Assembly (NCBI GenBank): GCA_043228905.1
Contig: JBHGNT010000008.1
Span: 13,950,001 to 14,014,000 of the forward strand
Direction: 5' to 3'
From: Azolla caroliniana
Taxonomy: Eukaryota > Plantae > Polypodiophyta
Length of the DNA stretch: 64,000 nucleotides
Shown: piece after piece, positions 15,028-26,698 of the stretch
Position numbering within the stretch: the stretch's first letter is position 1
Layout: every line of letters begins with the position of its first letter
Notes under the pieces: generated by a model
Databases searched by the model: none
Seen by the model: the letters and a program-made list of their open reading frames with translations, nothing else
What the model was told of the DNA's origin: nothing
Translations under genes and position numbers: made by a program

Positions 15028-15410
15028 AGAAACCGGATGAGAAGTACCCGGCTACGGAGAGCCGGATGGTGCAGACCTAGTGAGAACCAGATGAGGAATA
15101 CTCGGCTACGGAGAGCCGGATGGTGCAGACCTGGTGAGAACCGGATGAGGAGTACCCGGCTACGGAGAGCCGGATGGTGTAGACCCAGTGAGAACCGGAT
15201 GAGGAGTACCCGGCTACGGAGAGCCGGATGGTGCAGACCCGGTGAGAACCGGATGAGGAGTACTCGGCTACAGAGAGCCGGATGGTGCATACCCGGTGAG
15301 AACCGGATGAGGAGTACCCGGCTACGGAGAGCTGGATGGTGCAGACCTGGTGAGAACCGGATGAGGAGTACCCGACTACGGAGAGCCGGATGGTGAAGAC
15401 TCGGTGAGGA
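15028..15410 (+). repeat. 54-bp tandem repeat (~7 copies) in U3 of LTR-B
   Basis: Unit GACCCGGTGAGAACCGGATGAGGAGTACCCGGCTACGGAGAGCCGGATGGTGCA. It produces the spurious 18-aa repeat ORFs GLHHPALRSRVLLIRFSP / PGENRMRSTRLRRAGWCR. Confidence 0.93.
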
Positions 15411-15914
15411 GTGCTCACCGGATGAAGAGACATATTCGTAAATATGTTTCTGAGAGTCCATCGAGGCTATATTTGTAAATAGCCGAAAAGTCATATTAGT
15501 ATAAATATGACTTAGGGCAAGCTTTTGTTATTAGTTGTCATCATTCTTGTTGGTGCAAGGAGAGAGAGAGAGAGAGCGCATAATAGTGTACAGAGAGAGT
15601 GAGAGAGAGGAAGAGGTCGTGGCCTCAGTTGTAACCGCCGCCTGTGGCGAAGATCGTGAGCACGAGGTCGTTGCCTCTGTGAACTCACTGTTGTACATTT
15701 TAACATAGTGATAGTTTGCAGCCTGTGGGCTGCCGTGGTTTTTCCCTTAGTTTGGGTTTTCCATGCAAACATCCTGTGTACTCTCCTCTTCTTCGTGTCG
15801 TGCATTCTTTCACCGTTTTTTTGTGTATGATTCTAAGCTCGGTTGTGGCCGAGCGTTGCGCATAGGGGACGTAGAGTTCCCGTCAAGTGGTATCAGAGCG
15901 AAACGACACAGAAA

Positions 15915-18900
15915 ATGGACGAATCGTTGGGCGGCATGTTCAAGCTCACCGGCTCCAACTATTCAGTGTGGAAGTCGAAGATGAGGGATATGCTCGTGGT
16001 TAAAGACCTTTGGTTGCCGGTTCAGTTTGGGGACAAGAGACCAGACAAAATCGATGCCACGATATGGGAGGTGATGCACATGAAGACAACGGCGTACATA
16101 CGGTGCTTCATCGACATGAGCCTATACAACAACTTCAATGAAGAGAGCAAGGCTCATGAGCTCTGGGAGAAGATCAACATTATGTTTCAGAACAAAAATG
16201 CTGTTAATCAGGTTTCGGTATTCCGGAAGCTAGTAAGACTCTGGTACCAAGATGGCTCCAGCATGGTGGAGCACATGAATGCCTTCCAGGGGCTGATCCA
16301 CCAGGCAACTTCATTGGAAGTACCTCTCGCCAATGAGGTACTAGCGCTACTCCTGCTCGGTTCCCTCCCGGATAGCTAGGAGACGTTGGTTGTCACTTTG
16401 GGTAACGCCGGGCCGGAAGGAAATCGGTTATTCCTAACAAGATTAAAGTCGAGCTTGCTAGATGAGGAGGCGCGTCGGAAAGATAAAGATACGAGCTCCG
16501 ATTCCAAAGCGCTCCTTACCGAATTGGAACGCGGAAGACATAGAAACCGTAGTCCCCAGAACTGGGAGAAGTCGGGGACACGGTCAAAGTCAAGGGGGAG
16601 GCCTACTTGCTTCTATTGCGGCAAGCCGAGACACTTCCAGAAGAACTGTCGGCATTTCCGAAAAGATAAGGAGACCGACGGTACCGATTCGAAGCGGACC
16701 CCGGACTAGAACGGTATAGACCGGAGGGGGCTGGACCGGAAGGGAACAACGGCAATCGCGGCAAGTGAAGAAGAGTTGATGCTCATCACCGAGGAGAGTG
16801 AGGTAAACCTTGCCGGCGACGAGATGACCTTGGTGGTCGACTCTGGAGCGTCGTTCCACCTTACCCCGGACTGGAAATGCTTCTCATCCTACTCAGCTGG
16901 TGATCACAGCATATGTGGCTGTCAACACCAACCGGATGCAAGTTGTTGTTGAAGGATGTTCGACACGTTCTGGAGGTTCGACTGAACCTGATATCAGCCG
17001 GTCGGCTAGATGATGAAGGCTACACGGGTAGCATCCGGAACGGTGTCATGAACTTCAGCAAAAGGAGCCTGATTGTGGCTCGGGCCCGGAAGGTCAACAC
17101 TCTGTACCTGATGAATGCCCGGTTATGTCCGGAGGAAGTGAACGTGGCATCCGACACTACCGGTGAGCTGTGGCACAAGAGGCTGTGTCACATGAGTGAG
17201 AAGGGGATGAAGAGGCTTGCAGAAGACAACCTCATTCCAGTGAAGAACGTGCACTTGGAGAAGTGCACTGATTGTCTAGCCGGTAAGTAAAACCGGACCT
17301 CCTTCTGACCAAGGCCACCGATGAGACGTAATGCACCACTGGAGTTGGTGCATACTAATGTGTGTCAAGTGGACACGAAGTCACATGCAGGATCGCAGTA
17401 CTTCGTGACGTTCATAGATGACCAAAGCCGAAAGCTGTGGGCCACACCATTGAAGACGAAGGATCAGGTGCTATCCATCTTCAAAGAGCTCCACGCGAGA
17501 GTGGAAAGAGAAACCGGCCGGAAGCTGAAGGCGGTTCGAGCAGATAGCGGAGATGAATACCGGGGGCAGTTCGAGGAGTACTGTCGCTCGAAGGGAATCC
17601 GGCTCGAATTTACCGTGCCGAAGACGCCGGAGCTAAACGGGCTGGCCGAGAGGATGAACCGGACCATAATGGAGAGGGTTCGTAGTATGCTAGCGCATGC
17701 AAAACTACCCAAGAAGTTTTGGGCTGAGGCACAGTCGATGACGACATATGTGATAAACAGATCACCCTCAGTACCCTTGGACGGAGACACGCCACAGAGA
17801 GTCTGAACCGGTAAGGAAGTGTCCTACCGGCATCTGAAGGTATTCGGGTGTCTCGCGTACATGCATGTAGCTAAGGACTGGAGAGGAAAACTAGATCCGA
17901 AGACCCGGCCATGCATATTCCTCGGTTACGACGACGATGAGTTCGGCTACCGAGTGTGGGACCTGGTCGACAAGAAGGTATTCCGGAGTCGAGATATTAT
18001 CTTCATGAAGGACAAGACGCTCGCCGACTGGGAGTCGGAGAAGAAGATAATGAATTCCGAGTCGACTGGTAAGGATCGATTCCACGATGAGGAAACCCAA
18101 TCGGAAAGAGATCGGTTAGCACTCGAGGAACCAGCCGGTTACGGTGAGGATATCGAACCGGCAGAAGAAGAAGTAGAGGAAGCTGAAACCGGAACCGGCC
18201 AAGACACCGAATCGGATTCGGTTGAAGAGCAAATGAAGGAGCCGGTTACCGAAGCCCAAAGACGGAGATATCCTCTCAGAGAGAGAAGGGCCCCCCGAAG
18301 ATTTTCGGATTCAGATCATGTGCTGCTGACCGATGAGGGAGAGCCGGAAAGCTTCGAAGAAGCGAAGGATGACACCCACAATTGCAAATGGTTAAGTGCC
18401 ATGGAGGATGAGATGGATTCCCTACATGAGAACCATACGTACTAATTGGAGGAGTTGCCGAAAGGAAACAGGGCACTCCGAAACAAGTGGGTGTACAAGT
18501 TGAAACCGGGAGATACCGGCAAAACCCCGAGATACAAAGCCAGAATCGTGGTGAAGGGGTTCCAGCAGAAGAAGGGCGGGGAATTCGACGAGATATTTGC
18601 CCCGGTAGTAAAGATGACCTCGATCCGGATGGTGCTGAGTATAGCGGCAAGCATGACCTCGAGGTAGAGCAGCTGGACGTGAAGACGACATTCCTTCACG
18701 GTGACCTCGAAGAGGAGATCTACATGTAGCAACCGGAAGGATTCGTGGAGAAAGGGAAGGAGCACCTGGTTTGCCGGTTGAAGAAGAGCCTCTACGGGTT
18801 GAAGTAGGCCCCCCGGCAATGGTACCGGAAGTTTGACTCCTTCATGAACGATCAAGGGTACCACAAGATGCATGCCGATCATTGCGTGTTTGTGAAGAAG

Positions 18901-19911
18901 TTCGAAGGAGGCGACTTCCTGATACTCCTTCTGTATGTGGACGACATGTTGATCGTCAGATGGGACCAAGCCAAAATACGGATGCTGAAGAAGTCTCTCA
19001 ACCAGACCTTCTCAATGAAAGACTTGGGTCCGGCAAGACAAATGCTGGGGATGCATATTATCTGGGACCGGTCAATGAAGCAATTGTGGCTGTCACAGGA
19101 GAAGTACATGACAAAGGTGCTTCAGCGGTTCAACATGTCAGATGCGAAACCGGTCGGATTGATACTTCCGGCAAACTGCAGGTTATCCGGTAAGCAAAGC
19201 CCGAAGATGAAAGCAAAGAAGGTGGATATGATGAAGGTTCCATATGCCTATGTTGTCGGGAGCTTAATGTACGCAATGGTGTGTACTCGACCAGATATTG
19301 GATACGCAGTCGGAGTGGTGAGCCGGTTCATGAGCAATCCCGGCAAGGAGCATTGGAACGTGGTCAAATGGATACTCCAGTACTTGAAGGGAACTTTGAA
19401 TATGTGTCTCCGATTCGGCTCCGGAAAACCTCAACTTGACGGTTTTACCGATTCGGACATGTTGGCTAATGTGGATACCAGCCGGTCTACATCCGGGTAT
19501 GTTATGACATATGTAGGGGGAACTGTTTTGTGACAGTCAAGGCTGCAGAAGACAGTTGCGTTGTGAACCACGGAGGCGGAGTACATGGCGGATGTGGAAG
19601 CCGACAAGGAAATATTATGGATGAAGGACTTCATCGGAGAGCTCGGTATCCAGCAAGATGAATACCGGCTCTATTGCGACAGTCAAAGTGCCATCCACCT
19701 TGCTAAGAATGCGGCCTACCATTCCCGGACGAAGCATATCCAGCAAAGGTATCACTGGATCCGGGAAAGAGTGGATGACCAGGAGTTCGCGCTGACGAAG
19801 ATCCACACGGCCGAGAACGGGTCAGATATGCTGACCAAAGTACTGATACCCAACAAGCTGGAAGCATGCCGGAAACGGACCGGACTAGTAAGACATCCCA
19901 TGCCAGAGTGA
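15915..19911 (+). pseudogene. Copia gag-pol polyprotein, disrupted
   Basis: Consecutive ORF pieces cover gag (FKLTGSNYSVWKSKM), CCHC knuckle, GAG-pre-integrase, rve integrase, RT (LLLYVDDML) and RNase H (AYHSRTKHI). Multiple in-frame stops and frameshifts. Confidence 0.9.
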
Positions 19912-22900
19912 AGGGGGAGTTTGTTAGGAAACAGGTCCCTCCGGATGGGATGACCTGGTGAGAACCGGATGACGAGTACCCGACAAGAGCTGGATGATGA
20001 AGACCTGGTGAGAACCAGATGACGAGTACCCGACAAGAGCTGGATGATGAAGACCCGGTGAGAACCGGATGAGGAGTACTGGGCAAGCGCCGGATGATGC
20101 AGGCCCGGTGAGGAGTGCTCACCAGATGGAGGGACATATTCGTAAATATGTTTTCTGAGAGTCCATCGGGGCTATATTTGTAAATAGCCGAAAAGTCATA
20201 TTAGTATAAATATGACTTAGGGCAAACTTAGAGAGTAGTTGTCATTCTTGTTGGCGCTAGATCAGAGAGCGCGTAACAGTGTACAGAGAGAGAGAGAGAG
20301 AGGAAGAGGTCGTTGCCTCTGTTGTAACCGCCGCCTGTGGCGAAGATCGTGAGCACTCGGTCGTTGCCTCCGTGAGCTCATTGTTGTAATCATTATGATA
20401 TAGTGATAGTTTGGAGTCTGTGAACTCCCGTGGTTTTTCCCTCTCAGGGTTTTCCACGTTAAACATCCTGTGTACTCTTCTCTCCTTTGTGTCGTGCGTT
20501 CATTATCCATTTTTCTGTGTTTGATTTTAGACTCGGTTGTGGCCGAGCATTTTTCATCGGAGCGTGTAGTTCCTGTCAATCGAGTAGGCCCAAACCTTTT
20601 GTTTATAGTCATCTACAAAGGTGATAAAGTACCGGGAGCGTCCTAGTGATCGCTCTAGCATGGGCCCACATCTATTTGTCCGTACGAGCTATAGGGGTTG
20701 TCGTATCACCTCGTAGTGGAGAGTTTACGGACTTTGGGTTTGTTTCTCGTATCGACAATGCTCGCAGAAGTCTGCCTTCACTTGGAGTTTCGGGATGTAG
20801 CCTATCGCCATTAGTCGATCAAGTCCAACTTGAGACATGTGACCGAGTCGACCATGCCATAAGTTTGGGTTGGTCTTTTTGGCTATGTTCACGATCCCTT
20901 ATGGATGGATCACCATTAATGGGTACAAGTTGTTGTACTAGTGCCCGCCTCCTATCTTCAGGTTTCCTCGGCCGATCATCCATACTGACTCACTTAGAGT
21001 CGTTTTGTAGCCGTCTTCGGCTAGCATGCCGATGGAAACTAGACTCCTTTTCAGATCAGGTACATGCCAAACTTGGTGTAGGGTTATTGTGTTGCCATTT
21101 GGCAATCGGATGGGAATCTCTCTGGTCCCTACAATTCTGCACTCTTGCTCGTTGCCTAGACGGACTGTGTTGCTGGTGTTGGATGAATAGTCCGAAAACC
21201 ATTCAATGTTGGGGGTCACATGGAATGTGGCACCGGAATCCACTAGCCACATGTGTGCATCCTGTGCACTGTAGAGGACTTCTCCGATCACTGAATAGTC
21301 TAAGGAGAGAACTTCTCCTGATCAACGTTGCCGACTAGAGAGTGGTCCGAGTTGGGTCATCCTTGATTCCGCTTCGATCGCCGACCACTCTCTTTCCTCT
21401 TTATTGACCAACAATGTGTATGTTAGGAGCAACGACCAATTTCCGACTTGCCCCTCGCATGCTCGTACCAATGCCTTCACAATTGGCCCATGTTTGCGCT
21501 CCACCTTCCAGTTCACTTCCGGATTGTATGTCATGGTAGGAGAGAGCTTAACCCCTATGTTGGGGACAAGGCCGTCAATGCGGAAGTTCAAGCAACATTC
21601 GTGATGAAGAAGAACCTGTGTATGCGCATATGCAAGATAGACACACACAAAGAGAGAAAGAGATAGGCACAAAACAAATCGTTATATTCCAATAGCAACA
21701 GTTACAAAGAATGACAACCAACAACAACCTTAACTAAAGGTTACAAAGTCACTTTATATAGTGACTGTCTTAGGGCAACTACCGCTTATGCTATTTACAG
21801 AAATAGCCCAAACTTGGGCTGCCCGAAGGGACAATGTGAATACGGCCATTATACACTCGTATTCGACACCCCCGTAATGGGTGTATACATGGGTTATCTA
21901 AAAATTACAGGTACATACCAGGTTTATCGGACATATTGGTTTTGTTAGAGTCGGCAAGGTTCGAAGACAGAAGACCGAACCGGCCGGGTCGGAAGAGCTG
22001 AAGCCAATCCTCAAAGAACCGATGTTGGTGGTCTGAAACCATCCTGTGATGTGTGTCTGACTTTAACCGGATCGATTTTTCGTTACGCCCATCTGGTGCC
22101 GAAGGGACCGGAAATGATCTGCCGAAAGACACTTGGTCATTCCATCTACGACATTATCGGTTGTGGATATCTTCTCTAGACCGATTTTCCCTGAGATGAT
22201 GCAGTCCCGAACGAAGTGATATCGAACGTCGATATGCTTGGACGCATTGTGGTGAACCGGATTCTTTGACAAAGCAACAACACCCTGACTGTCACTGTAG
22301 ACAACTGGAGCTGAGTCGAGGTCGACTTGTCGAAATGTGTGCGCCAGCCGACCGAGCCATAAAGCTTCTTTTGCCGCGTCAGACGCAGCTACATATTCCA
22401 CTTCAGTCGTTGAGGTGGCTGTGCACTCCTGAAGTTTCGACTTCCACGAGATTGCTCCATTGCCGAATTTGAAACAATATCCGGTTGTTGATTTCCAATT
22501 GTCCACATAGTCGGTGAAGTCCGAGTCGGTGTAACCGACTACTCCTGAGGTTGAGTTCGGGCCGAAAGGAATGCCGTGGTCTTTTGTGTCAGCTAGATAT
22601 TTGAACACATGCTTGACTACGTTCTAGTGCGATCGGCCTGGGTTGTGCATGAATCTGCTGACGACTCCTACAACATGAGAAATATCAGGCCATGTCACGA
22701 CCATCGCGTACATAAGGGAGCCGACTGCCGGTGCATACGGTACCGACTTCATATCTTCCCCCTCCAGACCGAATGTCGGGCAGTCTCGCTTAGACAGCCA
22801 AAGGTTAATGGGGAGCGAGGTCGAAGCAGACTTGGCCGAGTGCATGTTGAAGCGTTCCAAGACACGTCCGATGTAGTCAGTTTGAGACAAGAAAAGTTGT

Positions 22901-24259
22901 TGTTTATCACAATGCCGACTAATCTTCATACCAAGTATGTGTCTTGCCGGACCGAGGTCCTTCATGGCAAACTTTAACCGCAGTTTCCGAACAAGTTCGG
23001 TGAGCTCTCAGGCATACCAACCGGAGAGTAGCATGTCATCCACGTAGATGATGAGGAAGACGGGAGACCCATCTTGAGCTATTTTGGTGAAGAGACAGTG
23101 GTCCTCATCGCTCTTTGAGAAGCTGACCGATTCGATGAAGTCATCGAACTTCTTGTACCACTATCGGGGTGAGTGTTTCAGGCCGTAGAGACTCTTCCTG
23201 AGTCGGCAGACTAGATGTTCCTGGCCAGATGCCACAAAGCCTTTCGGCTGCTCCACATAGATTTCCTCTTGTAGGTCACCGTGGAGGAATGCCGTTTTTA
23301 CATCTAGCTGAATAAACTCCAAGTTGTCGGCGGCCACGAGGCCGAGCATGAAACGAAGGGTCTTTATTTTCACCACTAGTGAAAAGATTTCATCGAAGTC
23401 GACGCCATATTCTTATCGAAATCCCTTTGCAACTAATCTGGCCTTGTACTTTCGATTGGTCGAGTCAAACGTCTCTTTTAGTCGATAGACCCACTTACAC
23501 GGAAGAGCATGTCGATTCTTCGGTAATTCGACCAAGTCCCAAGTCTTGTTTGCCCGAATGGAGTGCATTTCTGACTCCATCGCCAGATGCCATGTGGCTG
23601 AATTGGCAGATGCCGATGCTTCTTCGTAAGACGTCGGTTCGCCGACGTCGGTAAAGAAAATTCCGGGAGAGTACCTCTCTAGAGGTTGCGACAGTCTCTC
23701 AGATTTGCAAGGTATGACTGGACTAGTCGCACCGGGTGTCGATGTCGGATGGTCGGTGTCATGATATGGCAAGACTCGAACCCATGACCTTATGCTACAT
23801 GGGTCGAGCTCTTGACCATTAGATTATACATTGTAATACGTAGAATATTATTTTCATTTATGTTTTATTATAGAAAATTGATGTATATTCCAGATTTCTC
23901 TGGAACATTCTAGAAACTTCAGGAGTATTCCTTAGAACACTATAAAAGGAGGCACAAGGCATTATTTCGAACCAAATCGGTTCAACGACAGTCTTAAGCC
24001 TCCTAGCTACTGTACATTTTCTTCACATAATATATATCTTTTCTTATCATCACTCTTTCTCTCTTTCGATCTCTCTCTCCCTCCCTCTCACTCACTCTTT
24101 CCTTCTCTTGAGAGTTCTTCACCTCTCTTAGTACTAATACTTCTTTTAGTACTAAGTCCTTCTCTATCTTAGTACTGTTCCTGACAGTTTGAACCGATTT
24201 TTCTACCTTCTGTCTCTCTTATTTCCTACTAATCTCTTATTCCTCTTTTCTTTCATCCC

Positions 24260-25411
24260 ATGGCCACTGTTAGCGCTAAAGAATATCAATCTGTTTTCTC
24301 GGAATTTCAATACTTGAAAGAGAAGTTCCATGCTTTGGAACAAGAAAACCAACGGTTGTTGGGGGATCTTTAGCAAATCTCCTTAGAAAAGCAGCAAACG
24401 CAACAATAGCATGGGGAACTTGCGTTACGCGTGCAACAACTCGAAGCAACCATCGTAGCGATGCAACAACAAGGGCCCGGAACACAAGGGATTCATAAAG
24501 AACCCAAGATTGGCCTTCCCACGAAGTTTGATGGAACGTGATCGCAGTTTAGAGGGTTCCTTAACCAGGTACGATTAGTTATTCAAATGCATCCTTCCCG
24601 GTATCCCACAGATGCATCATGGGTGGGTTTAGTAGGCACTTTGTTAAGTGGCTCAGCGTTGGCATGGTTCGCTCCACTATTAGAAAAGGAATCTCCGTTA
24701 CTCAACAATTTTGAAGAGTTTCTAGGTGAGTTTAAAGCATGTTTCGGAGATACTGACAGCATCAGGACCGCAATCAACAAAATTCGGCGATTACGCCAAG
24801 GTGACCGCCCAGCCTCTGCATACGTTGCAGATTTTCGCCTACTCGCCGCCGATATTCCTTGGGATGATCAAGCGTTGATGGAGCAATTCTGTTTTGGTTT
24901 ACGCAACGACGTCAAGGATTTACTCTTGACCTTCCCCAAAGAGCCAAAGTCCTTAACAGAAGCAATCAGTCGCGCAGTGAGATGTGACAACCGCCTCTTT
25001 GAGCGACGTTCGGAACAACAGCTACAGATGCCGAGGGCAAGATCAGAGCCCACCTACGCCTCAGTGGTAGCAAGACCTTTTCCGAGGGAGTCATATAATA
25101 TGCCTCTAGCGAATACTCTGACTTCGATGGAGATTGACACTACACGTCGTCGAGGGCTATTATCCGAAGAAGAAAAGCAGCGACGTTGTACAAATCGACT
25201 ATGTGTTTACTGCGGTAGACCAGGACATATTGCAATAAATTGCCCCCATAGGCCAAGAAGATAGGTAAACCAAATAGTCGTTAGTTCTAATTTTACTAAA
25301 TGCGAGCCTATTTCAGTAGGGATATCTGATAGTCCTAATAGTACTAATAGCCCAGATCTAGCGAACACATTTGATGTCCTTAGTCAGTTAGAAGAAGAGT
25401 TAAACGACTAA
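24260..25411 (+). pseudogene. Chromovirus gag (retrotransposon gag domain plus CCHC knuckle) with nonsense mutations
   Basis: ATG 24260 is in frame with ORF 24587-25264 (LLSGSALAWF, LRQGDRPASAY, CVYCGRPGHIAINC). Reading through isolated stop codons gives a natural end at TAA 25409-25411. Confidence 0.85.
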
Positions 25412-25451
25412 GTCCAGCCAAAATAGGAGCCGTTTGGTTGGACAGCCCTAT
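25399..25451 (+). promoter_or_regulatory. Putative programmed -1 ribosomal frameshift signal (slippery heptamer plus stem-loop)
   Basis: G_TTA_AAC at 25399-25405, 6-nt spacer, then an 11-bp stem GTCCAGCCAAA/TTTGGTTGGAC (25412-25443). pol is in the -1 frame and overlaps gag only over 25384-25411. Confidence 0.7.
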
Positions 25452-26698
25452 ATCTGTGCAACCCATTAGTCGTTCCATTCCCTCTAAGCAAGTTAGTGAT
25501 GTGTTCGTAGCCCAAGTAATAGTTAGTACTAAAAGTACCCCTCCAGTACATGTCATAGCACTCCTAGATTCCGGAGCTAACTCTTGCTTTATGGATAAGA
25601 AATTTGCTCAAGCTCATAAGATATCCCTAAGAAAACTCCAGTGTCCAGCCTCTGTAGTAGTCATTGATGGACGTCCCATTGCCTCCGGAAATATCATAGA
25701 AGAGTCAGAGCCCATTAATATTGTCCTAGATAACTTAGCATGTGTAGTATCATTTAATATTATTAGTATCCCAGAACATCCCATAGTTTTAGGATTACCG
25801 TGGTTCGAGTTACATAACCCAGACATAGATTGGAGAACAAGAGAAATCCAGTGTCGACAAACCCACCCATTTTGCCACGTCAGTTGCGTAAAGAAGGGCA
25901 CAAGGAGGAAATGTTCCTCTTTGCAATATCAGTAAACCCCTCCAGCACCACTAAAGAAGAATCCACCATTCAACTTCCCGAGAAGTATCGTTATTACGCC
26001 GATGTGTTCGATAAAGTACAAGCCAACACACTTCCTCATCATCAACCGTACGATTGCCCCATCGATTTACAACCGGGAAAAGAGCCGCCATGGGGACCGA
26101 TCTACAATTTGTCACCAACCGAGCTGGAAGTCCTTCGGGCCTATATAGAGGAGAATTTGGAAAATGGTTTCATCTGGCATTCGAAATCTCCAGTGGGCGC
26201 GCCCATTTTCTTCGTCAAGAAAAAGGATGGATCTCTTTGTCTCGTTGTAGATTACCGTGGCTTGAATAAGGTTACAATCAGGAATAGGTATGCTCTTCCC
26301 CTTATCTCAAGTCTTTTAGAACAGATCAATGGTGCCAGGTTCTTCACGAAGATCGACTTACGGGAAACATATAACCTCGTACGGATCCGACCAGGAGACG
26401 AATGGAAGACCGCGTTTCGCACCAAATATGGGCATTTCGAGTATACGGTCATGCCGTTCGGCCTCACTAATGCACCGACAGTCTTCCAGCACATGGCTAA
26501 TGATATATTCCGAGATCTTTTGGATGATTGTTTGATCATCTATTTGGATGATCTACTGGTTTATTCAAAGACCCAAGAAGAACATGATTCTCATGTACTA
26601 TTAGTACTAAAACGACTTCGAGAACATGGTCTGTATGCAAAGCTGGAAAAATGTAGTTTCGGGTGCAACCAAGTGGAATTTCTCAGCTACATCATTTC

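Larger units (their letters stand above)
14332..20578 (+). mobile_element. Ty1/Copia retrotransposon with three LTRs; polyprotein pseudogenised
   Basis: TSD ATCGA at 14327-14331 and 20579-20583. Truncated LTR-A 14332-14994, LTR-B 14995-15885, PBS TGGTATCAGAGC (tRNAi-Met type) 15888-15899, gag-pol ~15915-19911 with stops and frameshifts, PPT AAGGGGGAG, 3' LTR 19922-20578 matching LTR-A. Confidence 0.93.
11286..21380 (-). mobile_element. Decayed Ty1/Copia retrotransposon (3' LTR ~11286-11530; 5' end lost), interrupted by the element at 14332-20578
   Basis: RNase H (11696-12178, ISWWSKLQECTALSTTEVEY), RT (12181-13213), integrase (13679-14331, resuming after 20583), protease WLVDSGATFHVT (20938-21291). 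PPT GGGGGAG followed by TT-TGTTGG on the minus strand at ~11525-11540. Left LTR boundary approximate. Confidence 0.82.

Noticed and set aside
14967-15494. Repeat-protein ORFs on both strands (LHHPALRSRVLLIRFSPG; RMRSTRLRRAGWCRPGEN)
   Set aside because: By-products of a 54-bp (multiple of 3) tandem repeat in LTR U3; open in several frames and not conserved in sibling LTRs.
20646-21338. 230-aa plus-strand ORF, and similar ORFs at 10178-10864 and 43148-43654
   Set aside because: Antisense to decayed Copia domains with no independent motif.
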